In this document: positions 10,196-20,307 of the stretch, piece by piece
Layout of the letters: each line of letters starts with the position of its first letter
Position numbering within the stretch: position 1 is the stretch's first letter
Assembly: GCA_965226555.1 (NCBI GenBank)
Contig: CBDDDG010000010.1
Span: forward strand, 192,001 to 256,000
Direction: 5' to 3'
Length of the DNA stretch: 64,000 nt
DNA from: Salinispira sp.
GTDB taxonomy: Bacteria; Spirochaetota; Spirochaetia; DSM-27196; Salinispiraceae
The notes under the pieces: model-generated
Told to the model about the DNA's origin: nothing
The model's input: the letters and a program-made list of their open reading frames with translations, nothing else
Databases searched by the model: none
Translations under genes and position numbers: made by a program

Positions 10196-11449
10196 ATGAA
10201 CAAACACTGGATATTCCTCACGGCGCGGCGCTTCATACATTCCCGCAAGCGGTCACGGAGCTCGGTTACCGCCCTGCTCTCCATCTTCGGACTCGCTGCA
10301 GGCATTACAACCCTCACAACGGTCATTTCCGTTACAAACGGATTACAGCAAAGTACCATTGAAGATCTCATTGAGATCAATAGCTTTCATCTCCGCCTCC
10401 GCCCCCCCTTTCCCGATACAGCAGAGAACATTGAAACAATTCCGGGCATCAGCGAGGCATTCCCCATTATTGAAACCCAGGCGCTTTTCAGGGGAGAACG
10501 GGGGAGAACGCAGGCTGTCATTCTCAAGGCCCTCGATTCCCGCTTCCTTCAGGAAAACACCGAATTTTCCTACCGCCTCGGTCTTTTCTCCCGACCTCCT
10601 CTGGATGACAGAACAGTCATAGTCGGGCGTGAACTCGCGCGCTTTCTCGGCATAGAGCGGGGAGACCGTATTTACGCCATTGGGCTCGGGGGCGATGGAA
10701 TTTCCCTGAACAATCCCATAGACATTGAATTAACCGTGAGCGAACTCTTCGCAAGCGGATATTACGATTTTGACCGCAACTGGGCCTTCATCAACCTGAA
10801 TACCGCAGAACATGATTTTCAGTCGGCATACCGTACGGAACTCGCCATCAACATTGATGATCGGCTGAATGACCTCAGTATTGTTCAGAAATTGCGTAGC
10901 CGGTATCCCGATCTGAGGGGGGGGAATGTGCAATCGTGGCGGGAATTTAACCGCAGTATTTTCGGCGCCCTCCGGCTGGAAAAAACAATACTCGCCTTCC
11001 TTATCGGCCTCATATTCCTCGTTGTCGGGGTAAATATCTTTCAGGGGCTCAAGCGGACAGTGCATGATCATTATGAAGACATCGCCATTCTCAAAACTCT
11101 CGGAGCATCGGAAAGGAATGTGCGGATGGTCTTCCTCTGCGAGGGACTTCTCATTGCGCTTGGCGGAATACTTATTGGTCTGCCGGGGGGGATATGGATT
11201 TCAACGGGGATCAATGAGATTTTCCGTTTTGCGGAGAATGTTGTCCAATTCTTCATACAGGACAAAAGTCTGGAAGGTCTGGATCAGGTGTCCAGCTACT
11301 TTTATTTGCAGAATGTGCCCGTCCACATTATTCCTGCCGAACTTGCAGCCATTGCCCTTGTTGCCGCCGCCTCCGCAATTTTTTCCGCCTACGCCGCGTC
11401 GCGGCAGGTACTTACTCTCAGACCCCGTGAGGTATTCAACAATGAATAA
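10196..11449 (+). CDS. Lipoprotein-releasing ABC transporter permease (LolC/E family)
   Basis: GITTLTTVISVTNGLQ; SWREFNRSIFGALRLEK; IAILKTLGA. Confidence 0.9.
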   Translation: MNKHWIFLTARRFIHSRKRSRSSVTALLSIFGLAAGITTLTTVISVTNGLQQSTIEDLIEINSFHLRLRPPFPDTAENIETIPGISEAFPIIETQALFRGERGRTQAVILKALDSRFLQENTEFSYRLGLFSRPPLDDRTVIVGRELARFLGIERGDRIYAIGLGGDGISLNNPIDIELTVSELFASGYYDFDRNWAFINLNTAEHDFQSAYRTELAINIDDRLNDLSIVQKLRSRYPDLRGGNVQSWREFNRSIFGALRLEKTILAFLIGLIFLVVGVNIFQGLKRTVHDHYEDIAILKTLGASERNVRMVFLCEGLLIALGGILIGLPGGIWISTGINEIFRFAENVVQFFIQDKSLEGLDQVSSYFYLQNVPVHIIPAELAAIALVAAASAIFSAYAASRQVLTLRPREVFNNE

Positions 11450-12177
11450 AAGCCCCGCAACCGTTTCCGTCAATCAGCCGGAAACGCCCCGATAACAGCT
11501 ATATCGAACTCAGCCGCATCAGCAAGGCCTACCGCAACCCGGGCAGCCGGAACAATCAGCTTGTTATTAATGACCTTAGCCTCAACCTCAGGAAGGGGGA
11601 AGTGCTCATTATTACCGGCGAGAGCGGTTCAGGAAAAACGACCCTCCTCAATCTGCTCGGCGGACTCGACACAGTCGACTCCGGTACCATTCGGGTCGAT
11701 GACCTGCAAGTCAGCGATCTGAAGGAACATCAGCTGTTCATGTATCGGCAGCACAAACTCGGCTTCATTTTTCAGTTTCATCATTTGCTCAGAGATTTTA
11801 CCGCCCTTGAAAACACCATGCTCCCCGCTCTCATTGCGGGAAAGAAAGATGTTGAAGAGCAGGCAGCCGAACTGCTGAAGAGGGTCGGACTCGAAAAACA
11901 ACTCAACAACTATCCTCATCAGCTCTCGGGAGGAGAATGTCAGCGGGTTGCCATTACCCGAGCGCTCATAAACAGTCCTGCGCTCATCCTCGCAGATGAA
12001 CCGACAGGCAGCCTCGATGAAAAGCGCAGCCGTGAAATTGAGGGGATGCTCTTTGAACTTGTGCGTGAAGAAGGCCGCACCATGGTAATTGTTACCCATA
12101 ATGCCCGCCTGAAAAAATTCGGCAGCCGCAATCTTCACCTCACGCAGGGACGGCTCACGCAGGAGAAGATCACATGA
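11442..12177 (+). CDS. lolD: Lipoprotein-releasing ABC transporter ATPase, with an apparent +1 frameshift near 11487-11490
   Basis: GESGSGKTT, LSGGECQRVAI, ADEPTGSLD; the IELSRISKAY N-terminus is out of frame with ATG 11442. Confidence 0.85.
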
Positions 12178-13532
12178 ATACGGGGCTTGTTCTGAAACTC
12201 GTACGGAATTTTATCTTCGGACGGCACGGAAACTTCAGCCTCCGGCGCATCCGCGGGGGAGTTATCGGCATTGCCTGCAGCCTCGTTCCGCTTGTGCTTG
12301 TTTTTGTGGTAGCAAACGGCATGATAAGCGGTATAACCATGCGCTTCATTGAAACGGGAACATATCATCTTCAGCTTATTCCCCGCGACAGGAGCAATGC
12401 GGAAACAATTCCTTCAGAGGAAACCCCCGCCCTTCTGGAGGAGCTTCGGAGCATTGAGGGCATTCGGCAGGCCTTTGTTGAGGTGCAGGGAGTCGGACTC
12501 ATTGCCGGCGGCATTGGACACAGCGGGGGGCAGATAAGAGGTGTGGATCCGCAAATATATGACAGCGATCCGAATTTTTCCCGCTACATCGAAATTGTTG
12601 CGGGGAGCTTTGATCTGACGGGAAGGCGGAAAATTCTTCTGGGAGAAAATCTTGCATCCACATTGCAGATAGGGGTGGGCGATGATGTTCGTCTCATCAC
12701 GGCTCGGACCAGTGAGCGGATCATTCCGCGGGTGAGCCATTTCACGGTCAGCGGTATTGTTTCCAGCGGATATCGGGATCTCGATTCTCTCTGGATATTC
12801 ATTAATGCGACAGATGCGCGCCGCGTTATACCACGCGATGAGGCGCGGGAAATAATCGGTATAAAGGTGGACAATCCCTTTAGCCTCACGAGTGAATCGC
12901 GGGAACTGGAATTTATTCAGGCCCGCGCAGGCGCCGAAAATGCTGTTTCAGATGCCATTCGCGCGCTCACATACGAACAGTGGCGTCTGCGCACATGGTT
13001 TGATCTTGAGAAAAATCAATACCGCAGTTTCATAACCACCCGCAACGTGCTCCTCTTCATTACTGTTCTTATTGTCCTCATTGCTGCGGTGAACATCAGC
13101 TCGGCCATGATCATGCTGGTGCTGGAAAAACAGGAGGAAATTGCCATGTTAAAGGCGCTGGGCATACAAAACCGGCACATTTTTACCGTTTTTCTCATTG
13201 GCGGAGGAATTACCGGCGGAATCGGCGCAGTTATCGGCTTATCATTGGGGGCGCTGGCCACATATTATGTAAACGAAATTGTGAAATTTATGGAGCGTGT
13301 TATTAACGGCATCGGCTATATCGGGACGGTGCTGAGCTCACCGGGTGAATTATATGTTCCCTTTGAATTGTTTAATCCCGATTTTTATCTGACGAGAATA
13401 CCCGTCAATCTGCATGTTGCCGATCTCGCTGTTATGGGACTCATTACCCTTTTTCTCAGCATTCTGATGAGCTGTCTTCCCGCGCGAAGGGCTGTACGGT
13501 TGAAACCGGTTGCCCTTATGCATCATTATTAA
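12174..13532 (+). CDS. Lipoprotein-releasing ABC transporter permease (LolC/E family)
   Basis: VLIAAVNISSAMIMLVLEKQEEIAMLKALG; PARRA..L.P. Confidence 0.9.
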   Translation: MNTGLVLKLVRNFIFGRHGNFSLRRIRGGVIGIACSLVPLVLVFVVANGMISGITMRFIETGTYHLQLIPRDRSNAETIPSEETPALLEELRSIEGIRQAFVEVQGVGLIAGGIGHSGGQIRGVDPQIYDSDPNFSRYIEIVAGSFDLTGRRKILLGENLASTLQIGVGDDVRLITARTSERIIPRVSHFTVSGIVSSGYRDLDSLWIFINATDARRVIPRDEAREIIGIKVDNPFSLTSESRELEFIQARAGAENAVSDAIRALTYEQWRLRTWFDLEKNQYRSFITTRNVLLFITVLIVLIAAVNISSAMIMLVLEKQEEIAMLKALGIQNRHIFTVFLIGGGITGGIGAVIGLSLGALATYYVNEIVKFMERVINGIGYIGTVLSSPGELYVPFELFNPDFYLTRIPVNLHVADLAVMGLITLFLSILMSCLPARRAVRLKPVALMHHY

Positions 13533-13595
13533 ACGGGAACGAGGGAAATCCGGCGGCGGCCGTCAGCGAAGGCGCCGCCGAAGAAGGAGCCAGAG

Positions 13596-14123
13596 ATGAC
13601 AAGGCCGACTACATCCGGTACCCCCGATTCATGCGCAATGTGTTCCGCAACAACGCGCATTCTTGTGCTTCAGCAGGTAATTGGGAAACAGACGCATACC
13701 GTCCGCATATGTACGCAATGCGCGGAAATGTTGGGAATTGAGCGGAGCAGTGCCCATGCCGCGTTGAGAATTGGAGATTTGTTTGCTGCCGTTCTTGACC
13801 CCGAGGGCGCAGATGAAAAAGACGGAAAATTCTGCGGGCACTGCGGGTGCACCTATCTTGACTTGCGGCACAGCGGCATGGTCGGCTGCAGCAATTGTTA
13901 CGAGGTATTCAAGGATGAAATTGCCTTTCATCTCCGCAGAATCAACATACGGAAAAAACATCGGGGAAAACTCCCCCGCAGCCTTCACATAGTCAGCAAT
14001 CTCCTCATTAAAAAACCCGCCCTTAATTATCGGCTCGAACAGGCCCTCCAGCGCGAGGACTACGAAGACGCAGTCCGCATACAGGCACAAATAAAACAGA
14101 TGGAAGAGGAGGGAAAACCGTGA
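13596..14123 (+). CDS. mcsA: McsA-like protein (CxxC motifs + UVR domain)
   Basis: Four CxxC motifs; GCSNCYEVF, H.GKLP, A..REDYEDAVRI. Confidence 0.85.
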   Translation: MTRPTTSGTPDSCAMCSATTRILVLQQVIGKQTHTVRICTQCAEMLGIERSSAHAALRIGDLFAAVLDPEGADEKDGKFCGHCGCTYLDLRHSGMVGCSNCYEVFKDEIAFHLRRINIRKKHRGKLPRSLHIVSNLLIKKPALNYRLEQALQREDYEDAVRIQAQIKQMEEEGKP

Positions 14124-15214
14124 AAACAATTCAGCAGATTCTTCCGGCATGGATGTCGGCAGAGGGTGAGTGCCAAGATGTTGTTTTGTTCACTAGGTTA
14201 TCGCTTAATCGGAATGTGGAGAATTTCCCCTTTCCGCATTTCCTTGATCAGGCATATCTTCCCGAACTGCTGGCGCTCGGAGAACAGGCGGCGGCAACAT
14301 TGTATCCGAATGCTTCGAGCTTTGATCTTGGCGGAGACAGCACGGGAATTCTGACCGAGCAGTTTTATGTTGACCGCAATATGCTTGGAATGGGCAGGCG
14401 CATCAATATTTCCGAAAACAAAAACAGTGCTCTTCTGGTAAATGGGGAAGATCATCTCTCAATAATGGAGTTTGCTGCGGGTTTTTCTCCGGGCAAACAG
14501 CTGGATATACTGGGACAATATGATGCGGTATTGGAAGATATCTTTCAATATGCGGTTTCCGTGGATATGGGATATTTGCTCTCACGGATAGATCGGGCAG
14601 GCAGCGGTCTCCACATTGATGTCTGCCTTCATCTTCCCGCTCTCAGCGAATGTGAACTTTTCAGCGGCCTTGTCGCGCGCGCCCGGAGAAATGGTCTGGA
14701 TATTATGAGCTTCGGAGATTCGGAACGCCCAATTGCTCACCTATTTCTTCTCAGTACCGATGCGGCGCTCGGAAATAGCGAAGAGGAAATTCTCGAACTC
14801 ATTGATACGATCATACAGGAGTTTGTTCATCTGGAACGGGAACAGAGGGAAAAATTCAGGAAGATAACACAGACGGTAGACAGAATGTGGCGGGATTTTG
14901 CCATTCTCCGGCACTGCCGCCTGCTGTCTCTCAGGGAATCGCTGAACCGTTTCAGTAATGTGCGCATCGGCTCTGCCCTCGGCATACTCCCACTTCCTCC
15001 CCTGTCGCTGCCCTTCTTTGCCTCCCAGTCGGCGCATCTCCGGGCAATTTCCTCCCTGCCCGCCTTCAAAAAATACGGCAACCCCAATTCCACTGCCCCC
15101 ACTGCGAAAAACGCCGCGGAAAGCGCCGCAGAAAGCAGCGGCGACGGGTATAACGAACTGCGGGCAGCAGTGTTCAGAACGCTCATGGAAGGGTATGCGC
15201 CATGTATTGCATGA
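14120..15214 (+). CDS. mcsB: McsB-like ATP:guanido phosphotransferase-family protein (divergent active site)
   Basis: RLSLNRNVENFPFP, VNGEDHL, LHLPAL; coupled to mcsA. Confidence 0.7.
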   Translation: MKTIQQILPAWMSAEGECQDVVLFTRLSLNRNVENFPFPHFLDQAYLPELLALGEQAAATLYPNASSFDLGGDSTGILTEQFYVDRNMLGMGRRINISENKNSALLVNGEDHLSIMEFAAGFSPGKQLDILGQYDAVLEDIFQYAVSVDMGYLLSRIDRAGSGLHIDVCLHLPALSECELFSGLVARARRNGLDIMSFGDSERPIAHLFLLSTDAALGNSEEEILELIDTIIQEFVHLEREQREKFRKITQTVDRMWRDFAILRHCRLLSLRESLNRFSNVRIGSALGILPLPPLSLPFFASQSAHLRAISSLPAFKKYGNPNSTAPTAKNAAESAAESSGDGYNELRAAVFRTLMEGYAPCIA

Positions 15215-16332
15215 ATTTCTACCGCGATTTTTTTACTGTCCCCGATAATGAAATACGCATTTTTATTCTCATCGATGGATTCGGCATGAACCTCTTTGAG
15301 AAACTGGAAAGCGAGTATGGAGATGCGAGCTGGTTTGCGCGGCATTTTACCCGGGAAATGCAGTCGGTATACCCATCCACAACGGCTGTCGCCCTCACCT
15401 GCCTCGCGAGCCTCAGGGGGCCGGGAGAACTCGGCGTGAGCGGCTGGACAACCTGGCTTCCCGAGCACAAAAAACTGGTCAATGTACTTATTTCCCGAAA
15501 CCCTCTGGCAAAGTACCCCAAGGGCACCTGGGACAGGGAAATTGTTTCCCAGACTATTCAGGTTGAATCGGCCATTGGACATCGGGGAGTGTACCTTGTG
15601 CAGCCATTTCCCTACATTCCCCAGGAGTATGCAGCCTGGGCATCCGGCGGACGTCAGGCGCAGCTTCTGGGCTACAATGCCGGAAAAGACTGGAATAATA
15701 AAAAAAATCCGCGGCATTGGAGACGGGTCGTCTCAAAGCTGTGTACCGAAATGGAATTAGGATCACTCATGTACCTCTATCTTCCAATGGTCGATTCACA
15801 GAGCCACATATCGGGCTGGGACTCAGCTGAAACCTTCGAAAGGTTACGGAACATTGAGGATGACCTTCAGAAATGTATCGAAAATCTTGAAAAACAGAAC
15901 AAACACTGTACCATCGGCATTACTGCCGATCACGGGCTCATTAACATTCCCCGCGAACAGCAATTTCCTGTTGAGGACGCAACCCCGTGGATGCAGTATC
16001 TGGAATCGTCCATGAGCTGTGAAAGCCGAAATCCTGTGTTCCATGTTATTCCCGGGCAGGAAGATAGCTTCCGCAAACATTTTTCCGCCAGCAGGGAAGG
16101 CGCGCACTTTGAGCTTCATAGTCCGGAGGAACTGGCGGCGCGGGGCTATTTTGGTCCCGAGGGCATAAGCGAATGTGCCCGCCCCCGCTGGGGCACCTTC
16201 ATCGGACTCGCTGGAACAGGTGCCTGCCTCAAGGATTTCTGCAAGGGGCATAAGGTTCCGCAGTTTGTTGCGTATCATGGAGGAGATGATCCCGGCGAGC
16301 GCCGTGTGCCCTTATTTTCCTTTACGGTGTAA
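15202..16332 (+). CDS. Alkaline phosphatase superfamily (nucleotide pyrophosphatase/phosphodiesterase-like) protein
   Basis: LIDGFG, SVYPSTT, VDSQSH, ITADHG, YHGG...E..VPL. Confidence 0.85.
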   Translation: MYCMNFYRDFFTVPDNEIRIFILIDGFGMNLFEKLESEYGDASWFARHFTREMQSVYPSTTAVALTCLASLRGPGELGVSGWTTWLPEHKKLVNVLISRNPLAKYPKGTWDREIVSQTIQVESAIGHRGVYLVQPFPYIPQEYAAWASGGRQAQLLGYNAGKDWNNKKNPRHWRRVVSKLCTEMELGSLMYLYLPMVDSQSHISGWDSAETFERLRNIEDDLQKCIENLEKQNKHCTIGITADHGLINIPREQQFPVEDATPWMQYLESSMSCESRNPVFHVIPGQEDSFRKHFSASREGAHFELHSPEELAARGYFGPEGISECARPRWGTFIGLAGTGACLKDFCKGHKVPQFVAYHGGDDPGERRVPLFSFTV

Positions 16333-17106
16333 TATCTGCGGAACAGAGCGTACCGGAAGGCCTGCTTCGGAAAGGCAGCGCTTTATATCCGTAATGGTAT
16401 AGTCTCCGTTGTGGACCATGCCCGCAACGAGGGCTGCGTCTGCCCGTCCACGCCTGAAAACCTCATTCAGATGCTCGGGTCTGCCTGCTCCTCCCGATGC
16501 CACTACCGGAATACGCAACTCCGCGCTCATCATACTGGTAAGCTCAAGATCATAGCCATTTTTCATGCCGTCTCTGTCAATCGAATTCAGCACGATCTCG
16601 CCGGCGCCCCGATCCTGCGCCTCAAGCGCCCAGCGCAGCGCATCTTTTTCGGTAGCCACGCGCCCGCCCTTAACAACTACCCGATATGAGGAGGGCATAC
16701 CCTCATCTCTCAGAGCATCCATGCCGAGCACAATACATTGCTGCCCGAAAACTGCCGCCCCCTGCCCAATAATGCCGGGGTCGCGGACTGCCTGCGAATT
16801 CAGGCTCACTTTTTCAGCTCCCGCGCCAATTACACGGCGTATATCTTCCAGACTGCCAATACCCCCGCCGACACAGAAGGGAATGAATATCTTCTCTGCC
16901 ACCCGTTCAACAATTGAGATAAATATGCCTCTATCTTCATGGGATGCGGTAATATCGTAGAATACCAGTTCATCGCAGCCCTGCTCATAATACTCTCCTG
17001 CCATATCCACAGGATTGCCGATATCAACATTATTCTTAAACCGCACCCCCTTGGTCGTTCTGCCGTTGCGGACATCAAGACACACAATAACGCGCTTTTC
17101 CAGCAT
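16312..17106 (-). CDS. hisF: Imidazole glycerol phosphate synthase cyclase subunit
   Basis: [33 protein letters not shown]. Confidence 0.97.
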   Translation of the reverse strand: MLEKRVIVCLDVRNGRTTKGVRFKNNVDIGNPVDMAGEYYEQGCDELVFYDITASHEDRGIFISIVERVAEKIFIPFCVGGGIGSLEDIRRVIGAGAEKVSLNSQAVRDPGIIGQGAAVFGQQCIVLGMDALRDEGMPSSYRVVVKGGRVATEKDALRWALEAQDRGAGEIVLNSIDRDGMKNGYDLELTSMMSAELRIPVVASGGAGRPEHLNEVFRRGRADAALVAGMVHNGDYTITDIKRCLSEAGLPVRSVPQILHRKGK

Positions 17107-17199
17107 TCCATCTCCTTCACATGCCGTTCCGCTTGCATCTGCCCGAGCTCCGTTTGCCGCTGCCCGAGCTCCGCTCCGCAGGGCGTCTCAGAAAGCAGC

Positions 17200-17886
17200 T
17201 CAGAAATATTTCAGAAAATTTTCCAGAAGTTTCAGACCAGCCGGCCCCGATTTCTCCGGATGAAACTGACATGCCGCCAAGCCCTCCCGCCCATACACAG
17301 AAGGAAAGCTCAGCCCATAATCTGTTCTCCCCAATATGAGCGCCTCGTCAGGCTGCGGATAGAAACTATGTACAAAGTAAAAACTTGAATTCTGCGGAAT
17401 GCCCTCAAAAAGACGAGCTGCCACGGGGCATTCCTCCGGTACAACCTGATTCCAACCGATATGCGGAACCTTATACTGCCTCTGATCCTCGCCGGCAGCC
17501 GTGCCGATAGCCTTCACGGCATCCTCGCCGGCAGCCGAGCCGGCAAGCTTCCCGAGCTCAGCGCTCAGCGAAGCAACACTTCCCGATTCCAGAGCGAGAC
17601 AGGGGGTATTATCCTCGGCGGAATGTTCCAGAAGAATGTGGCAGCCTATACATATACCGAGAATGGGGCGGCCCTTTTGGTGAGCCGCTGCGATGGCCTG
17701 ATCCAGTCCCCGTTCCCTGAGCGCCTGCATGGCATGGGAGGCCTGACCAACTCCGGGAAAAATAATTTTATCGGCCATGAACAGACGATCGGGATCGCTG
17801 CTTATCTCAATATCTGCTTCAAGATAATTCAGGGCTGTCTCCACCGAACGCACATTACCGGCATCGTAGTCAACAACAAGAACCAT
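17200..17886 (-). CDS. hisH: Imidazole glycerol phosphate synthase glutaminase subunit
   Basis: DYDAGN, PGVG, LGICIG, VPHIGWN, YFVHS, QFHPEKS. Confidence 0.97.
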   Translation of the reverse strand: MVLVVDYDAGNVRSVETALNYLEADIEISSDPDRLFMADKIIFPGVGQASHAMQALRERGLDQAIAAAHQKGRPILGICIGCHILLEHSAEDNTPCLALESGSVASLSAELGKLAGSAAGEDAVKAIGTAAGEDQRQYKVPHIGWNQVVPEECPVAARLFEGIPQNSSFYFVHSFYPQPDEALILGRTDYGLSFPSVYGREGLAACQFHPEKSGPAGLKLLENFLKYF

Positions 17887-18002
17887 TTTTCATGCCGCCG
17901 CTGCCCATGTCGCAGGCAGACGGGAGAAGCATGACAATCATACAGAAAGAAACACATCGTAACATCATGCTCATTCATCCTTCATATTATGTAAGATATG
18001 GC

Positions 18003-18066
18003 ATTATATACACATTACCTTTTGCGGTCAATATTTTTGTAAGATGTTATGGGAAATAAACATTTG
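18003..18066 (-). promoter_or_regulatory. hisHF sigma70 promoter with upstream CAAATGTTTATTTCC motif
   Basis: TTGACC (18031-18026)-N17-TATAAT (18008-18003); motif at 18052-18066. Confidence 0.75.
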
Positions 18067-18206
18067 ATCTGCCGGATCATGCAAAAACTTGGTATGAATA
18101 ATGTCCATTGACAGACCCTCCCTGAGCATTCCTGACGGAACTGGTATGTGAGGTTGATCCGGATGTTGATATTATCCGATATGCGCGCAGGCCGAGCGGT
18201 TCCAAC

Positions 18207-18515
18207 TTAATGCGATCCGTTCCGCAATGTCCGCATTTCCTCATCGCTCAGCCCGGTAACATCCTGAATGTCATGGGCTGAAAATCCTTTGGAAAACATA
18301 CTGCGGGCGTTTTTTCTCCGCTCTTCAATATGCCCCTCAGCGCGGCCTGCCTGTAGCCCCTTTTGAAGTCCTTCTTCACGACCTGTCTGAAGTCCTTCCT
18401 GCCGACCTGTCTGCAATCCTGTCTGAAGTCCTTCTTCGCGACCTGTTCGCAGTCCTTCCTGCCGACCCATTTCCGCAATGCGCGCTCTGAATGTTTCCGC
18501 ATTCATTCTGAACAT
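18207..18515 (-). CDS. Putative small C-terminal Rpn product (internal start, 102 aa)
   Basis: AAGGAGG at 18530-18524, then an in-frame ATG at 18515. Confidence 0.6.
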   Translation of the reverse strand: MFRMNAETFRARIAEMGRQEGLRTGREEGLQTGLQTGRQEGLQTGREEGLQKGLQAGRAEGHIEERRKNARSMFSKGFSAHDIQDVTGLSDEEMRTLRNGSH

Positions 18516-18555
18516 TTTTGCTACCTCCTTACCTCTCGGTTCTTTTGTTCTTTCT

Positions 18556-18681
18556 GAAACTTTTGCATTGGAAAATTGTGCAAGCACAATTTCCAGTAGC
18601 AAAAGTTTCAAATTTGGAATGCTTTCTTTGTGCTTAGCATTCTCCAATTTTATAGAAAGTTTTGCCTCTGGCAAAACTTTG
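18556..18681. mobile_element. Composite palindromic mini-element (long hairpin + 45 bp spacer + short hairpin), 126 bp
   Basis: Flanks TTTCT/CTTCT; spacer homologous to that of 48559-48656; disrupts the Rpn frame. Confidence 0.8.
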
Positions 18682-19574
18682 CTTCTAATTGATTCATTAA
18701 CGTGTCTAAATCTATAACAATTCCAAACATAGAATCTACCACGCCGACAAATTCCTTTATCAGCTCCAGCGATTCCTCATTCAGCATTTCTGCTATCGCG
18801 TTCTCCACCTTCCGAATGTCCCAATCCGTATTCAGCAGATTTTTCGAGTACAGATCAAGGTACATAACAGCCGCAAACATTCTTCCCCGCTGCTGCAGCT
18901 GCTCCGCAGAATAATCGCTCTCACTTATCAGAGCATAAGGAAAGGGGGCAAGATACTGCGGGAATTCCCGCTTCCGTTGCTCTCTGACGTTCCCGGGCAC
19001 CTTCCATTTTCGCGTACCATTATAGAACACAATGGGAAGAAATACCAACTCGCAGTCATCGGGAATTGCACCGGAGCGGTGAATGTTCCGATAGAGAAGG
19101 TTTGTGTACTCTGACATGCGGAGGGGCATGTCGTTGTCCACTCCAGACTGATGCTCAAGGAGCACATAGATAGCAACATCTCCCGTATGATCCCGACTTC
19201 TGATTTTGCAGACGATGTCGGCCATTCGTGTTTTCGCATGGTCAATGAAAAAGGTACCGTTTTCGATGGTGATGTCTTCACGGCGCAATTTTTTCGTCCA
19301 TGCGCCTCCGACAAAGCGTTGAAGAAATTGGAGCATTATTGCGGGTTGGAACAGCAGGGAGCGGTAGCCTTGGTCGTAGGGAACGGGGGCGGGTTTTTCT
19401 TTGAAATCGATCATATAATCCTCCTGAAGGTTTTTTTTGAACCTTTCTTTCTGAATAGGGGAGCTCCCATGGCGACATGGTCCCATGGTGAATTCTCTCC
19501 TCTATATCTGTGACGGGTAAACTGTCATTTTTGATTGTGTTTTTGGAAATAATTTGCAAAAAGTTTTGCTACTG

Positions 19575-19819
19575 AATATAGCTTTTCGGTCGGGGTCTGA
19601 CAGGAAGGGGGCGCTGACAACGAGAGCGCAGAGAAGGTTCTTTTTTCCTGCAATGTAGCTGGGGGTTTCAATGCGGATTTTGTCCATGTCCAGCTTGGCA
19701 AGCGTTGTATCCTCACAGAACAGCCGCAGCAGGTCGAGAATCATCCGGGGGGTTCTGTAGTAGGCGATCTTGAAGGCTATGTCGTGGATGTGGCCTGTGC
19801 TGTGGGATGATTTTTTCAT
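19575..19819 (-). pseudogene. Truncated Rpn N-terminus (copy B)
   Basis: MKKSSHSTGHIHDIAFK...; near-identical to 21165-21390; ends at a half palindrome (19557-19576). Confidence 0.8.
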
Positions 19820-20206
19820 AAATATTCCTCTTATATCTATGACGGGTAAAATGTCATTCTTGACTATGTATTTTGAAAGAATTTGAAAAGAAATTGAAAG
19901 AATGTTGTGAATTTTTTTCGGGGATGGGGGAAGGAGGGATGAGTGGGCAAGAATGGGATGAGCGTATGGTTGAATTCGCCCTGTATTATAGGGTGTATTG
20001 ACGCGCGCTCCCCGGGACAATGCTCCGCGCGAGGTCTTTGTTGAAGTATGAATATATGAAATTCCGGAATATCTGAGCATTCCCGAAAACATATTTCCAG
20101 CGTGTACCATACCGATATATTTTTTGCTCATACCATATAGACGGGTAAAATATAAACGGTGAAAATGAGAAAGTTTTTGAAAAAGTTTTATTATTTTGGG
20201 ATATTA

Positions 20207-20260
20207 CAAAGTTTTGCTACTGAAAATTGTGCTTGCACAATTTTCCAATGCAAAAGTTTC
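20207..20260. repeat. Palindromic mini-element, long form (54 bp)
   Basis: caaagttttgctactgaaaattgtgcttgcacaattttccaatgcaaaagtttc; flanks TATTA/TATTG. Confidence 0.85.
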
Positions 20261-20307
20261 TATTGACCTGATCCAGACGCATGAGCGAGCAGGCCGAGCA
20301 GCGCCAA

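Larger units (their letters stand above)
18207..19414 (-). pseudogene. Rpn/YhgA-like PD-(D/E)XK nuclease (copy C), interrupted by a 126 bp element
   Basis: YDQGYR, ADIV, YVLLEHQS, MPLRM, PIVFYNG...W; EG-rich C-terminal repeats; frame restored by removing 18556-18686. Confidence 0.85.

Noticed and set aside
19502..20131. 209 aa ORF as a real protein
   Set aside because: Chance read-through joining the antisense IS fragment, the non-coding leader, the truncated Rpn and a half palindrome.
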